From Bispira polyomma (Eukaryota), in assembly GCA_965649765.1 (NCBI GenBank), contig OZ287761.1, forward strand, positions 3,596,001 through 3,660,000: DNA of 64,000 bases, in the 5' to 3' direction. Below the pieces are notes generated by a model. It ran no database searches and was not told the origin of the DNA. It worked only from the letters and a program-made list of their open reading frames with translations. A program made the translations under genes and the position numbers. Below, piece by piece: positions 25,301 to 40,300 of the stretch; position 1 is the stretch's first letter; each line of letters opens with the position of its first letter.

Positions 25301-28300
25301 TATTTAAAATTGTTAAACATTATGAGAAAATTATGGTACAAATATTAGTAAATTGTCAACATTAGAAGTACTACATGCATTTTTAAAAGAACCAAAAAAT
25401 ATGCGTTTGTTGATAACAACGAACAAAATATGACACTGAAATAAAAACCTAAAAAAAAAAATAACAGATTTTTATTAATAATCAAATAAAAAATGACTGT
25501 GCTAAAAAAATGTTGTGTGCAAAAGCTAAAAATAAACACAAAAAAAATATATGTTTAAAATTGACAAAACTAGATGTTACAACTGTTATTTATAATGAAG
25601 CATTTCTACAAACATTAGTTTTGCGTTATTAGATGTAATACACGCCACCCTTTTATAAATTGTTTGCTAATTCAACCAATTACTACAACCAAAAAATCTA
25701 AATATTTTGCAATATTTATTGCCATTGTTTTTCAAACTGCAAATTTTAGCCTAAATATATAAAGGTTCTGAAAAGCAAATCAGTTTATAATAAAAGCATT
25801 ACATTTACCGAGATAATCGTCATTAGTGACAACAAATAATGCAACTGTTAAATAAACAAATTCACTATATCCTTACAAATTATGTAACAACATACAACAT
25901 TCATTATTAGAAACAACAATAGTAACATAAGCAAATAAAAATGGAAAATTGCACAAAAACATTTTAGCATTTATTTCCAAATATTAAAATAAATATTAAA
26001 CAAATACATGTACCAACAATAAAATATTTATTATCAATATTAAATCATAAAATAAATAATAAGAACAACTGAATTGACACATAAAATAACTTAAAAACAA
26101 GAGGAAAGTGACCTTGCGGTCACAAATCTCGGAGACGTGTATCTATTTCTCAAGCTGCCTACCTAAAAGTAAACCAATATTATCTGTCAATGTATAAGTT
26201 TTACAACCAAAAAATATTGTTTACCTATAACCTAAAATACAATTGTCAATATATAAGTTACAAAAAAGGAAATTATTTGACAACCTATTTAAATATTAAA
26301 AAAATATTATCTGTCTACCTGTCAACTTGTCAACCTGTCTACCTAAACGTAAAAAAAAATTAATGAACTGTCTATCTGTCGACATATCAACATGTAACCT
26401 GACAGGTTGACAAGTTAAAAAAAAAATTTTTTTTTAATTTTTTGATTTAAGGTAATTTTTTATGGTTTATGGTTAGGGTTTAGAGAGTTAGCCCTAACTA
26501 CCTGTCCAACTGAAAAAAATTAAATTTCTACCTGTAGGCCTGTCTACCTAATTTTTTTTTTTTTTTGTTAACCTGTCAACCTATCTGCCTAGAAAAATAT
26601 TTATTTTTGTTGTCAACTTGTCGACCTGTCTACTTACAAAAAAAAAAAATAATAATTTTTTTTTGGTCAACCTGGGGAAAAAACATATATACATGTATAT
26701 ATAGTAGGATCTATATTTCAATTTATTTAAATATCCCTACTGGTAAACGGAAATAGATGTATTCATACAAATGAGGGGGAATACTAGACTTCTTTAGATA
26801 TCCCAATATAGTTTCTAAAAGCAATAAATTGCTAAACGAAATTTAAAAGCAAGTACGTATCGATTCAGTATTTTCACTATAAATCCTTTAATGTTGCCCA
26901 CTTCCGGGTAGCGTTTTAGACGAAACCTCGTCTCGTGTGTTAAATAAAAGATAGTATAGTGAGGGAGGAAGTTCTGAAAGCCGAGTAACCCCATAAAATG
27001 CCCCAAATATGATGATAATGTAGGCGAAAATAGAAGAAGTTTGCAGACTTTGCCTCGACTCGTGTGTTAATAAAATATATTCTAGCGAGATAGGTAGTTT
27101 TAAAAGCCGAGTACCCAACCGAAATTCCCCAAAAGTGATGAAAACGTAAGCGATTTGCAAGCCGCTCGTGTCAATAAACAATACGAAAAATGATGACGTC
27201 AACACAAAAATGGCGAGAAATGCTAGTACCAAGTATCTGAATACTTAAAAATAAAAAAGACAGTAGTGTGGCGCCATCTAGCGGTCGAGACCAAAGTTAA
27301 AAAGGGTGCGTTTTCGCCAATTAGAAGCATATTTCAAAGAAATGGATTTTCCCGTCAGTATGGGTGTATATATATCGTATATATATCCCAAACCCTAGTC
27401 TTTGTCACATATATATATACCTATTGAAACCTACGAATCTGACTGGCCCTACGATAAATGGACATAACAAAATATGCGGTAATTGCGAGGTCAAAGGTTA
27501 AATCTTATTTTACAAACAAAATAAAAAATTAATAGATATATTAAGGCTTCTGACTCGTCCTTAGTACCAACCACATATAACTGCCAAAAACGGACTTAAA
27601 ATAATGAACAAAACTGGTAGAAAGTGCTGTCTACAGACCAAAAACATCTTCTCAATACATGATCTCGGATGGCCCCGCCCTCCGAGATAAAAATAAAAAT
27701 ACAACAATACACTAATACAAATCGCCTTGTGCAGTTTCATGCAGGCATTAAATACATCCGTTCGAACCAACAATACAATTAGTTTTACAACATGTTCATC
27801 CCAGTGCCAAATACCTACGACCAGTACCTGTAGAATCTTCCAGTACTTTCAATTCCATCTCGGCTTCAACATCGGGTACAACCATCTCTTCTACAAGTTC
27901 CACTACGGTTGTTTCAACCAGTTTTTCATCCGGTATTTCACTTGATACAACTTCAGAAACTGTTTCTTCTTCTTGAAGGTGAACTTTTGTCTCAGATGGC
28001 ATTTCAATACCTGCAGTTGAAATCTCAAATTGAACCTCTTCAAATTCAGGTGTCTCAGTTGGTTGAATCTGAATATCACTTGAAACCATTCCTGAAACTG
28101 TCTCATCTACTTGAGGTTCAACCTTTGTCTCAGATGGCATTTCAATTCCTGCAGTGGAGATATCAAACTGAACTTCCTTAAATTCAGTTGTTTCACTTGG
28201 TTGAATCTGAATTTCAGTTGATACCATTTCTCGAACTGTCTCATCTACTTGAGGTTCAACCTTTGTCTCAGATGGCATTTCAATTCCTGCAGTTGAAATC

Positions 28301-31300
28301 TCAAATTGAACCTCTTCAAATTCAGGTGTCTCAGTTGGTTGAATCTGAATATCACTTGAAACCATTCCTGAAACTGTCTCATCTACTTGAGGTTCAACCT
28401 TTGTCTCAGATGGCATTTCAATTCCTGCAGTGGAGATATCAAACTGAACTTCCTTAAATTCAGTTGTTTCACTTGGTTGAATCTGAATTTCAGTTGATAC
28501 CATTTCTTGAACTGTCTCATCTACTTGAGGTTCAACCTTTGTCTCAGATGGCATTTCAATTCCTGCAGTTGAAATCTCAAATTTAACCTCTTCAAATTCA
28601 GGTGTCTCAGTTGGTTGAATCTGAATATCACTTGAAACAATTTCTCGAACTGTCTCATCTACTTGAGGCTGAACCTTTGTCTCAGATGGCATTTCAATAC
28701 CTGCAGTAGAGATATCAAACTGAACTTCTTCAAATTCAGTTGTTTCACTTGGTTGAACCAGAACTTCACTTGATACAACTTCAGAAACTGTTTCTTCTTC
28801 TTGAAGGTGAACTTTTGTCTCAGATGGCATTTCAATACCTGCAGTTGAAATCTCAAATTGAACCTCTTCAAATTCAGGTGTCTCAGTTGGTTGAATCTGA
28901 ATATCACTTGAAACCATTCCTGAAACTGTCTCATCTACTTGAGGTTCAACCTTTGTCTCAGATGGCATTTCAATGCCTGCAGTGGAGATATCAAACTGAA
29001 CTTCTTCAAATTCAGTTGTTTCACTTGGTTGAATCTGCATTTCACTTGATACCATTTCTTGAACTGTATCATCTACTTGAGGTTGAACCTTTGTCTCAGA
29101 TGGCATTTCAATTCCTGCAGTGGAGATATCAAACTGAACTTCCTTAAATTCAGTTGTTTCACTTGGTTGAATCTGAATTTCAGTTGATACCATTTCTTGA
29201 ACTGTCTCATCTACTTGAGGTTCAACCTTTGTCTCAGATGGCATTTCAATACCTGCAGTTGAAATCTCAAATTGAACCTCTTCAAATTCAGGTGTCTCAG
29301 TTGGTTGAATCTGAATATCACTTGAAACCATTCCTGAAACTGTCTCATCTACTTGAGGTTCAACCTTTGTCTCAAATGGCATTTCAATTCCTGCAGTGGA
29401 GATATCAAACTGAACTTCCTTAAATTCAGTTGTTTCACTTGTTGGAATCTGAATTTCACTTGAAAACATTTCTGGAATTGTTTCTTCTTCTTGAAGTTGA
29501 ACTTTTGTCTCAGATGGCATTTCAATGCCTGCAGTGGAGATATCAAACTGAACTTTTTTAAATTCAGTTGTTTCACTTGGTTGAATCTGCATTTCAGTTG
29601 ATACCATTTCTTGAATTGTATCATCTACTTGAGGTTGAACCTTTGTCTCAGATGGCATTTCAATTCCTGCAATGGAGATATCAAACTGAACCTCCTTAAA
29701 TTCAGTTGTTTCACTTGGTTGAATCTGAATTTCAGTTGATACCATTTCTTGAACTGTCTCATCTACTTGAGGTTCAACCTTTGTCTCAGATGGCATTTCA
29801 ATTCCTGCAGTTGAAATCTCAAATTTAACCTCTTCAAATTCAGGTGTCTCAGTTGGTTGAATCTGAATATCACTTGAAACAATTTCTCGAACTGTCTCAT
29901 CTACTTGAGGTTGAACCTTTGTCTCAGATGGCATTTCAATACCTGCAGTAGAGATATCAAACTGAACTTCTTCAAATTCAGTTGTTTCACTTGGTTGAAC
30001 CAGAACTTCACTTGATACAACTTCAGAAACTGTTTCTTCTTCTTGAAGTTGAACTTTTGTCTCAGATGGCATTTCAATACCTGCAGTTGAAATCTCAAAT
30101 TGAACCTCTTCAAATTCAGGTGTCTCAGTTGGTTGAATCTGAATATCACTTGAAACCATTCCTGAAACTGTCTCATCTACTTGAGGTTCAACCTTTGTCT
30201 CAGATGGCATTTCAATTCCTGCAGTGGAGATATCAAACTGAACTTCCTTAAATTCAGTTGTTTCACTTGTTGGAATCTGAATTTCACTTGAAAACATTTC
30301 TGGAATTGTTTCTTCTTCTTGAAGTTGAACTTTTGTCTCAGATGGCATTTCAATTCCTGCAGTGGAGATATCGAACTGAACTTCTTCAAATTCAGTTGTT
30401 TCACTTTGTTGAATCTGCATTTCACTTGATACCATTTCTTGAACTGTATCATCTACTTGAGGTTCAACCTTTGTCTCAGATGGCATTTCAATTCCTGCAG
30501 TGGAGATATCAAACTGAACTTCCTTAAATTCAGTTGTTTCACTTGGTTGAATCTGAATTTCAGTTGATACCATTTCTTGAACTGTCTCATCTACTTGAGG
30601 TTCAACCTTTGTCTCAGATGGCATTTCAATTCCTGCAGTTGAAATCTCAAATTTAACCTCTTCAAATTCAGGTGTCTCAGTTGGTTGAATCTGAATATCA
30701 CTTGAAACAATTTCTCGAACTGTCTCATCTACTTGAGGTTGAACCTTTGTCTCAGATGGCATTTCAATACCTGCAGTAGAGATATCAAACTGAACTTCTT
30801 CAAATTCAGTTGTTTCACTTGGTTGAACCAGAACTTCACTTGATACAACTTCAGAAACTGTTTCTTCTTCTTGAAGGTGAACTTTTGTCTCAGATGGCAT
30901 TTCAATACCTGCAGTTGAAATCTCAAATTGAACCTCTTCAAATTCAGGTGTCTCAGTTGGTTGAATCTGAATATCACTTGAAACCATTCCTGAAACTGTC
31001 TCATCTACTTGAGGTTCAACCTTTGTCTCAGATGGCATTTCAATTCCTGCAGTGGAGATATCAAACTGAACTTCCTTAAATTCAGTTGTTTCACTTGTTG
31101 GAATCTGAATTTCACTTGAAAACATTTCTGGAATTGTTTCTTCTTCTTGAAGTTGAACTTTTGTCTCAGATGGCATTTCAATGCCTGCAGTGGAGATATC
31201 AAACTGAACTTTTTTAAATTCAGTTGTTTCACTTGTTTGAATCTGCATTTCACTTGATACCATTTCTTGAACTGTATCATCTACTTGAGGTTGAACCTTT

Positions 31301-34300
31301 GTCTCAGATGGCATTTCAATTCCTGCAGTGGAGATATCGAACTGAACTTCTTCAAATTCAGTTGTTTCACTTTGTTGAATCTGAATTTCACTTGATACCA
31401 TTTCTTGAACTGTCTCATCTACTTGAGGTTGAACCTTTGTCTCAGATGGCATTTCAATTCCTGCAGTGGAGATATCAAACTGAACTTCCTTAAATTCAGT
31501 TGTTTCACTTGGTTGAATCTGAATTTCAGTTGATACCATTTCTCGAACTGTCTCATCTACTTGAGGTTCAACCTTTGTCTCAGATGGCATTTCAATTCCT
31601 GCAGTTGAAATCTCAAATTTAACCTCTTCAAATTCAGGTGTCTCAGTTGGTTGAATCTGAATATCACTTGAAACAATTTCTCGAACTGTCTCATCTACTT
31701 GAGGTTGAACCTTTGTCTCAGATGGCATTTCAATACCTGCAGTAGAGATATCAAACTGAACTTCTTCAAATTCAGTTGTTTCACTTGGTTGAACCAGAAC
31801 TTCACTTGATACAACTTCAGAAACTGTTTCTTCTTCTTGAAGTTGAACTTTTGTCTCAGATGGCATTTCAATTCCTGCAGTGGAGATATCAAACTGAACT
31901 TCCTTAAATTCAGTTGTTTCACTTGTTGGAATCTGAATTTCACTTGAAAACATTTCTGGAATTGTTTCTTCTTCTTGAAGTTGAACCTTTGTCTCAGATG
32001 GCATTTCAATTCCTGCAGTGGAGATATCAAACTGAACCTCCTTAAATTCAGTTGTTTCACTTGGTTGAATCTGAATTTTAGTTGATACCATTTCTTGAAC
32101 TGTTTCTTCTTCTTGAAGTTGAACTTTTGTCTCAGATGGCATTTCAATACCTGCTGTGGAAATTTCAAATCGTACTTTCTTAACTTGAGTTGTTTGACTT
32201 GGTTGAATCTGCTTTTCAGTTGATACCATTTCAGGAACCATCTCATCCACTTTTGTCTCAGATGGCATTTCAATTTCTGCAGTGGAGATTTCAAACTGAA
32301 CCTCCTTAAATTCAGTCATCTGACTTGGTTGAATCTGAATTTCTTCCTTCACGTGTTTTTCTTCTTCTCCCACTATTTGAATTTCATATTTTGTGGATTG
32401 TTTCTCTGTTTCATCGGTATCAATACTAATTGTTGATCCTCTTTCTAACAATACGGAGGATGTTTCTATCTCAACTTCCTTCACCTCTGGTTTGAACGTA
32501 GATTCAACTTGGAAGGACTGTATGGCCGTTTCTGACTGCCTCCTAATCAGTTCATGGTGTAAGACTGGTGCCGGTTCCTTACTCTGTGCCCTGTCTAAGG
32601 ACACTACAGCTTCTCCTGAGGTGACAACAGTTTCCTGGTCATGCGCAGGTACATCAGCTATGTCCTCCACTTCGGGTATGCTCTGGGTTTGTGGCAGAGC
32701 TTGGGTTTCTGTTGGAAGCACAATATCAAGTCCAACATCATGGTCTGGTACATCTACTACTGATACAGATTCTGGTTGTGAAAGACCTACTTCATCACTT
32801 TGTTCCTCTGGCAACTGAGTTTCTTGTTCAGAAACCAATGACTCTGTTTGGATCCTGGATGTTGCAGCAGAAATATCAAGGGCCACTTCTTCATATTTGA
32901 CCTCTTCCATTGGTTTTTCCTCTGTTTCAGGCATCACACTTTCACCTGTCAAGGTCAGTTCCTGCTCCTTTGCTTCGCTTTGTTCAGCAGGTTGTAGCTT
33001 GGCTTTCTGTAGTTCTGGAGTGACATCTTCAGGACTTACCATCTCATCTTCTTTCACCTCCAATTCCTCACTGACTTCATCGGTGACCGTCTGCTTTTCT
33101 TGCTCGAATGTTTTGGTTTCTTTCTGCAGTTCTTTTTCAGCAATTAAAACCTGAATATCTATCTCCGTTGGGGCGATATCGTCAGATGGAACTCCCACTA
33201 AATCCTCTTGGAAAGAGTCTTGCTTGAGCATGGATTCCTGCAGCATGACCTGCGATTCAACAGGAACTTGCACATCCACCGTAGACACAGTAGTGACTAT
33301 ATCTCTGGGTGCGAGATGTTCCCCTTGTTCGGAACTCAGTGTAGTCTCGGTGTAGCTCTCCAGTGGCAATGCAGATTGTTGCTGTGTGATTTCGGTTAGT
33401 ACTTTGGTATCGGACTCCACATACACATCCGTTCTGAACTCTGTCTTCTGTTCCATTACCTGGGTTTCCGTTGGTATTTCAAGTCCAGCAGTGGTAACTT
33501 CAGATCCCACCTCTTCCGGCTCGAGCTGATCGGTACTTTCCCTTGTAATATCCTCACTGAGCAATTCAGCTTTTGTTTCTGCTTCTTGTTCCGATATAAT
33601 CGTTTCTTTCTTTGATTCCACGGCCGCGAGAGAAACTTCAAACTGGATCTCTTTCGAGTGCACGGTTTCCTTCGGCTGAATGGTCAACTGTTCCGTGAAA
33701 GTTTCTGGTTTTGTCTCCAGGCCTTGATCCAGAATCCTCGATTCATCTGGCAGCTGAATACCAGCAATGGTCACATGGGTCACCGTTTCCTCGGGCAGTA
33801 ATTCCTGCGGTATCACCTGCATATCTTCCTGTATGATCTCTGTCTCGGAGATTTCTTGCTGTTCCACTGCTTGCTTAACGACGTCTTCCGTTGCGTCGGC
33901 TGTTACGATGTCAAACGAGAGCTCCTGCGCTTTGATTGGCTGCCTTTCCATCTGAAGGTTTATTTCCGTCGAGAAACGGCGGTCAACTTGTAAAAAAAAA
34001 GATCATCAATAGCAGAGGGACATATACAACACAGTATATATATATATATAAAAATAAACATGTTGAGGCTAGAAATGCAGTTTGCCAGTACCAATGTGAC
34101 GTCACCAACTCCACTTTCAAAATTCTAACTGTAACTGTAATAAAGTATCTATTATTGCTATTTTTGATTTTATCATTATTTGTATATAATTTGCTTCGAA
34201 AAAGGACAATATTAATCTACAATCTTTTTGCCATTTTGAAAAGCGTAAATAAACGTACATGTAATTGTTACTAGTAAAGTGCATTTCCACCCATGCTCAT

Positions 34301-37300
34301 AATTATACAAAAGAAGCTTACATTGACAACAATAAAACAGAAACAGAAACAGAAAATTTTAGCAAATAAACAAGACAATAAATGTATAAACAATAGTACA
34401 ACAATAAACATATGAACATAAAATAAGCATATATTTACCTGTCGATCTCCATCAATGTAAAAATGATCGAATTTAAACTCCTAATGACATTTTATCTTCT
34501 TGGTATTTTAATGCAAACTCCTTGAACATGAATTACATTTTCTCAGCCATGCTTTACATATACAAAAACAAACATTGAAAGATTGTAGGGTACGACATAT
34601 AAATATGTATGAATAAAGTTGCGCAGATTCAACACATGTATGTACAAATAATGAATAGATCTATACATTATAGGTGTGTCATACGCATAATATTACATTC
34701 AAGTGACATGCTCGTTCTGAAAAGAAGAAAATAGAGAATAAGAATTGACAGAAATATGAAACAAAAATAAGTAGAGAAAAAAATTGAGAAAAAAAAAATA
34801 GTCTGAAGAAGCCTTAACGTTTATTACAACATCGGAAGCAAATAAATATATAGAGAAATTTTCTACGCAAGTCTCGCAAAAACATTATTTTTTATTAACA
34901 TAAGCAAAATAATACAACGATGTAAAATTCGTGCCATATGAATAATATATACAACTGTGCTGATAACATAGCTAACAAATATATAACAAATAGATTAATT
35001 CTGTGATGACAAAAAAAGAGAAGCATTAAGAACTGAAAATACATATGCTGTGCATTATAAAAGATATATTGATAAATACATTGAGTCGAGTACTTTTATT
35101 CTACATACAGTTAGACTCTGTATAAGTCGAATTTTATTCAAATATCCCCAGGATTTAGGTCTACATATGGCTAACGTCTACTTTATACCGAAGTTAAAGC
35201 TAGTATCTTGGAACCACAAAATTGGTTCTAGTTAAGAAATTTTACTTATACTGGTTTTAGCTATAGAGAAATGGACGTTATACTGGTTCTAGTTATAAAG
35301 ATATTCGACTTATACTGGTTCTATTTGTAGAGATATTCGACTTATACTGGTTCCAGTTGTAGAGATATTCGACTTATACTGGTTCTAGTTATAGAGATAT
35401 TTCACTTATACTGGTTCTAGTTAAACAAAGTCTATTGCAGTAGATTATTAGATACGTCTAAGCTCACATAAACATTCCAAAGCACCGGAACACATTTTAA
35501 AATCAAACATATTTCCACATGTCTAATATTCACTACTTAATGTAGTTTAACAACTGTGTATATTTTGATTTATTTTTAACGTAACGTTGCCTTGAACAAT
35601 TGCTAAATCAAGATTTCCTAACTGCAACAAATTGCCAGAATTCAGCGATTCTACTGCCAACTTTCCCACATACAAGCCTGGGCTTTAGAGTTAGGGGGCG
35701 AGTGTGTTACCACAACACCACTGAGTGCCCTTCAAAATCAAGGTTCAATGTTTTCTACACTGCAAATCAATGACCTTCATCAAGGTCATACTACCAACTT
35801 TACAGGATCAAACCCAAACTGAAGAGGTGCAGTACATACGTATAAACATAGAATTGTATTACCAACATTCCCGTCTTAAACAATATGCAAAAAAAAAATA
35901 CATCGATAGCCAATAAGGATAAACTTAAATAGCATTACACTAATAGCAAACTAACCCAGCGATACTTCGTGCCATTCAAAAGGTTTGACATAAAAATAGC
36001 AGTCAGGCTAAACATATTGAGCTTTATCTTACTGATGCATGTGCATGCAGAAAACACTACACTTTATAGTGTACTAAAAATAATATAAAACATATTAATA
36101 ACTAATACTTTCCATTAAACGACTTATTTTAAGTAAATTAGAGATTGTTAAAGATGACAACCTTTTTACACAAACTTTAACTGGAATGTGAACAATGGCT
36201 ATATGTTTAAAACACAAGACATATTCCTAGTACATCAGTTACAGTAAATACTGAGAAACACATCACTAGTTTAATTTAAAGAAACTGTAGAACCTCTATT
36301 AGCTGAATTTTCGATTTTACAAAGTCATTTCCACTCTCCCAAGTTCATAATTCCTCGTTATTTTAGAATTAAAATGACTCAATGATTCAATTTAAGAACG
36401 TTCTGTTTATTTGACAAACAACTTGCTCTGATGTTTCAGGTCATAGAGGTTCTCATGCAAGTTACAGTTTATCCCGAACCATCACTAATTTGATTTATAT
36501 AAACTATACGTGTGGCGCTGGCCTCAGCCTACCCTTGAGTCTCGTCCAACGAATAAAACATACAGAATTTTGACTTTTTGCGAGACTTTAAGTCGCTTCC
36601 AACAGCATAGGTCATATTGCTATAGCCAGATTCAATGGTGGAAGAAACCCAGTGCTATAGCCACTGTGCAAACCACTGAGATACTGTAAGTGCCTTACAA
36701 CCTTCCCACACAAAGGAACAAACAGGAATCGAACCAATATTGGTTCAGTGTGACAAATTACCAGTGCATGTGAAGCTAGAGCTTCTAACTACCAGGCCAC
36801 CCCAGTCCTGACCAGTATAAAAGTCAATGTCACTTATCGAAGTTTCCGACGCCAAGGGCAGGCCGAAGAAAGCGGAACCCCAGTTTTGTTTGCCATACAA
36901 AATAACAGTAAACTTTGAGATATATATCCAATGTGGGTACCTTGTTGAGTTTCCTGCAGTAGTACAAGGTCCTTCCTGACTTCAGAGAGAACATTATTAA
37001 CCAGGTCTTCAGCTATCGCTTCATGGTCCACTACCTCTGTCCTCGCTATGTCCACCTGTACACTACTGACCACCACCAGCTCCTCAGCTACTGCCTCATG
37101 GTCCAGAATATCCACCTGTTCTACCGTCCTCTCCTCCACTGGACCTTCAACTGACCTGTCTGGTTTCAAATCTCCCATGCTGAACTCGTCGAAGCTTTGT
37201 GGTTCAGTTACAGTAACTTCATCTGTGTCTTCCACTACCTCATCCATTTGTACAGCCACTTCTTCCACTGTGTCCATTACCACATCCACTTGTTCAGCCA

Positions 37301-40300
37301 TTTCATCCATTGTGTCTTCCACTACCTCATCCCCTTGTTCAACCATTTCTTCCACTGTTTCCACTACCTCATCCACTTGTTTAGCCATTTCTTCCACTGT
37401 GTCTTCAATTACCTCATCCATTTGTTTAACCATTTCTTCCTCTGTGTCTTCTACTACCTCATCCACTTGTACAACCATTTCTTCCAAGGGAGTCTCTTCT
37501 GCAGCAAGTACTTCAATAACATCTTCTTTTTCCTCTAGATAGGTGTCTTCAGTGATTTCCTCTTGATACGTTTCCACAGTGACCTCTATTGTGTCTTTTG
37601 TAATGTCTTTATATTCCTGAACAGTCTCTTCAGTAATTTCCTCTTCTTGTTGGTAAATTTCTTTAACCATATCTTCTTGATCAATTTCTTCAGTAATTTC
37701 CTGATCTTCAAGATAAGTATCTTCAGTTATATCTTCATGATAAATTTCTTCAGTGATTTCCTCATCTTGCTGAATAGTTTCTTCAACGATTTCCTCATCT
37801 TCCTGAATAGTGTCTTCAATGATTTCCTCATCTTCCTGAATAGTTTCATCAATAATTTCCTCATCTTCAAGAATAGTTTCTTCAATGATTTCCTGATCTT
37901 CCTGATAAGTTTCTTCAGTGATTTCCTCATCTTCTGAGATAGTTACTTCAATGATTTCCTGATCTTCCTGAGAAGTTTCTTCAACAGTGATTTCCTGATC
38001 TTTCTCAAAAATTTGTTCAGTGACTTCTTGGCAAGTTTCTCCAATGACTTCACTTTCTTGATGTACCTCTTCAATGATTTCATGATCCTCCTGAGTATCT
38101 TCAACTATATCTTCTTGATAAGTTTCTTCAGTGGTTTCATCATCTTCTTGGTAAACATCTTCAGTCATCTCCTTCTGATGTATTTCTTCAGTAATTTCTG
38201 CAGCTTTATAATCAGAATCAACTTCTTCAGTCTCATGATAGACTTCTTCAATTTTCATCTCAGAAATTCCCTCTGTTACAATTTCGATATCTTCAATTGA
38301 GGTTTCAATGCCTGTTTCTTCTTCCAATGGCTTTATTTCTTCTTCAACATCAACAATTTCTTTAAAATCTTCCACTTCCTCAACCAGTGAAGGTCTGATT
38401 TCCGCAAGTTCACCATCAAAGTCATCAAGTTCTTGTACAAGAGGAATTTCCCGTGTTTCTTCTGCCTCATAGCTTTCAGTATAATCATCATGAACATCGT
38501 CTTCTGTGACCACAGTGTAACTCTGAATATCATCTGTTTCAACTGATTTTTCGAGCGTGGTTTCCTGTGCTTGTGGCTCTACCATTAAAACCTGCTTCTC
38601 TGTGGGTATTTCAATCTCTATTGTTACTTCTTCTAGTTCTCCTTGATTTGGTTTCACTTCAAGTGTTGATATATGATTTTCAGATTCAATATCCATCCCT
38701 ATCATTTCAGTGATTTTCTGAGTAGCATCAACGGTGAAAGTGATCTCTGTCAGTTCAGTCTCAGAATCTACAACTGTTTCGTCCTGTGGGGTAACGTCAA
38801 TACTTGCAACATGCTTTTCTGGAAAAACTTCTTTGGGTTCTTCAGGAGAAAGTTCAAGCAGCTTCATTGTTACAGTTTCCTCTTCTGTCGGAGCATCGAA
38901 TTCTAGCGTAACATCTTCAAATTCCTGTTCTTTGGGCTTTATTTCTAGAACAGAAATGTGATCTTCAATCTCTCTATCTGTCTCAGAGATTACATCTGTG
39001 ATTTCTTCAGTACGATCAACCATAAAAGACACTTCCATTAGTTCTGTCTGGGAAGGCTGTTCATCTGTTTCTGTGGGATGTACATCTGGTTCTACCTTTT
39101 GTGTGATCACAATTTGATCTTCTTCTGGCGTATCCAATTCAAACATAACTTCTTCAAGTTCCTGTTCCTTTGGTCTGACTTCAAATGTTGAGATATGGTC
39201 TTCAACACCTTGGTCGGTTTTCACTAATACTTCTGTAACTTCTTTAGTGTGGTCAATTTTAAATGTCACTTCAGCAAGTTCCGGCTGTGTTTCTTCCTGT
39301 GGTGTGACTTCAATGCTTGATATGTACTGTTTTTCAGGAAATGTAGAAACTTCTTCAGTCTCCAATTGACCAACATCTTGTTCTACCTTTTGTACAATCA
39401 CAGTTTGTTCTTGATCTGGAATATCCAATTCGAACATAACTCCATCAAGTTCCTGTTCCTTTGGTCTGACTTCAAGTGTTGAGATATGGTCTTCAACATC
39501 TTGGTCAGTTTCCAATGATACTTTTGTGATTTCCTTAGTATGGTCAATGATAAAACTGGCTTCTGCCAGCTCAACGTCTGGTTCTTCTTGTGGGGTCACG
39601 TCAATGCTTGATGTATACTGTTCTTCAGCCAATGGAGAAACCTCTTCAGGAGAAACTTCAGTTTCTGTCCGATATAAATCTGGTTCTACTTTTTGTACGA
39701 TCACAGTTTGTTCTTCTTCTCGCATATCCAATTCAAACGGAGCTTTTTCAAGTTCCTGTTCCTTTGGTCGGACTTCAAGCATTGAGGTATGGTCTTCAAC
39801 ATCTTGGTCAGTTTCCACCAATACTTCTGTTATTTCTTTAGTATGGTCAACAATAAAACTGACTTCTGCCAGCTCCATATCTATATCTTCTTGCGGTGAA
39901 ACTTCAATGCTTGATGTATACTGTTCTTCAGGTAACGTAGAAACCTCTTCAGGAGAAACTTCAGTCTCTGTGCGATATACATCTGGTTCTACCTTTTGTA
40001 CAATCACATTTTGTTCTTCTTCTGGGACATCCAGTTCGAACGTAACTTCCTCGAGTTCCTTATCTTTTGGTTTCACTTCCAACGTTGTGATATGATCTTT
40101 GACATCTTGGTCAGTTTCCAATGATACTTCTGTTATTTCTTTAGTATGGTCAATTATAAAACTGACTTCTGCCAGCTCAATGCCTGGTTCCTCTTCTGGT
40201 GTCACTTCAATGCTTGATGTATACTGTTCTTCAGGTAATGGAGAAACCTCTTCAGGAGAAACTTCAGTTTCTGTCCGATATAAATCTGGTTCCACCTCTT

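Noticed and set aside
26113-26680. TTTTAG|GTAGGC recursive-splice-like site or small exon
   Set aside because: Part of a degenerate acctgtcaac/tacctaaa repeat cluster, probably a TE remnant; stop codon in frame.
27903-32294. Repeated 89-91 aa alternative-frame ORFs
   Set aside because: By-products of the 138-nt repeat; they recur with the repeat period and are broken by stops.
27950-32345. CRISPR-like look of constant and variable blocks
   Set aside because: The variable parts are homologous to each other and in frame within a eukaryotic exon; no cas genes.
34439-34480. 42-nt AG..GT segment (EFKFDHFYIDGDRQ in phase 0)
   Set aside because: No pyrimidine tract, and an immediate stop in the required phase 1.
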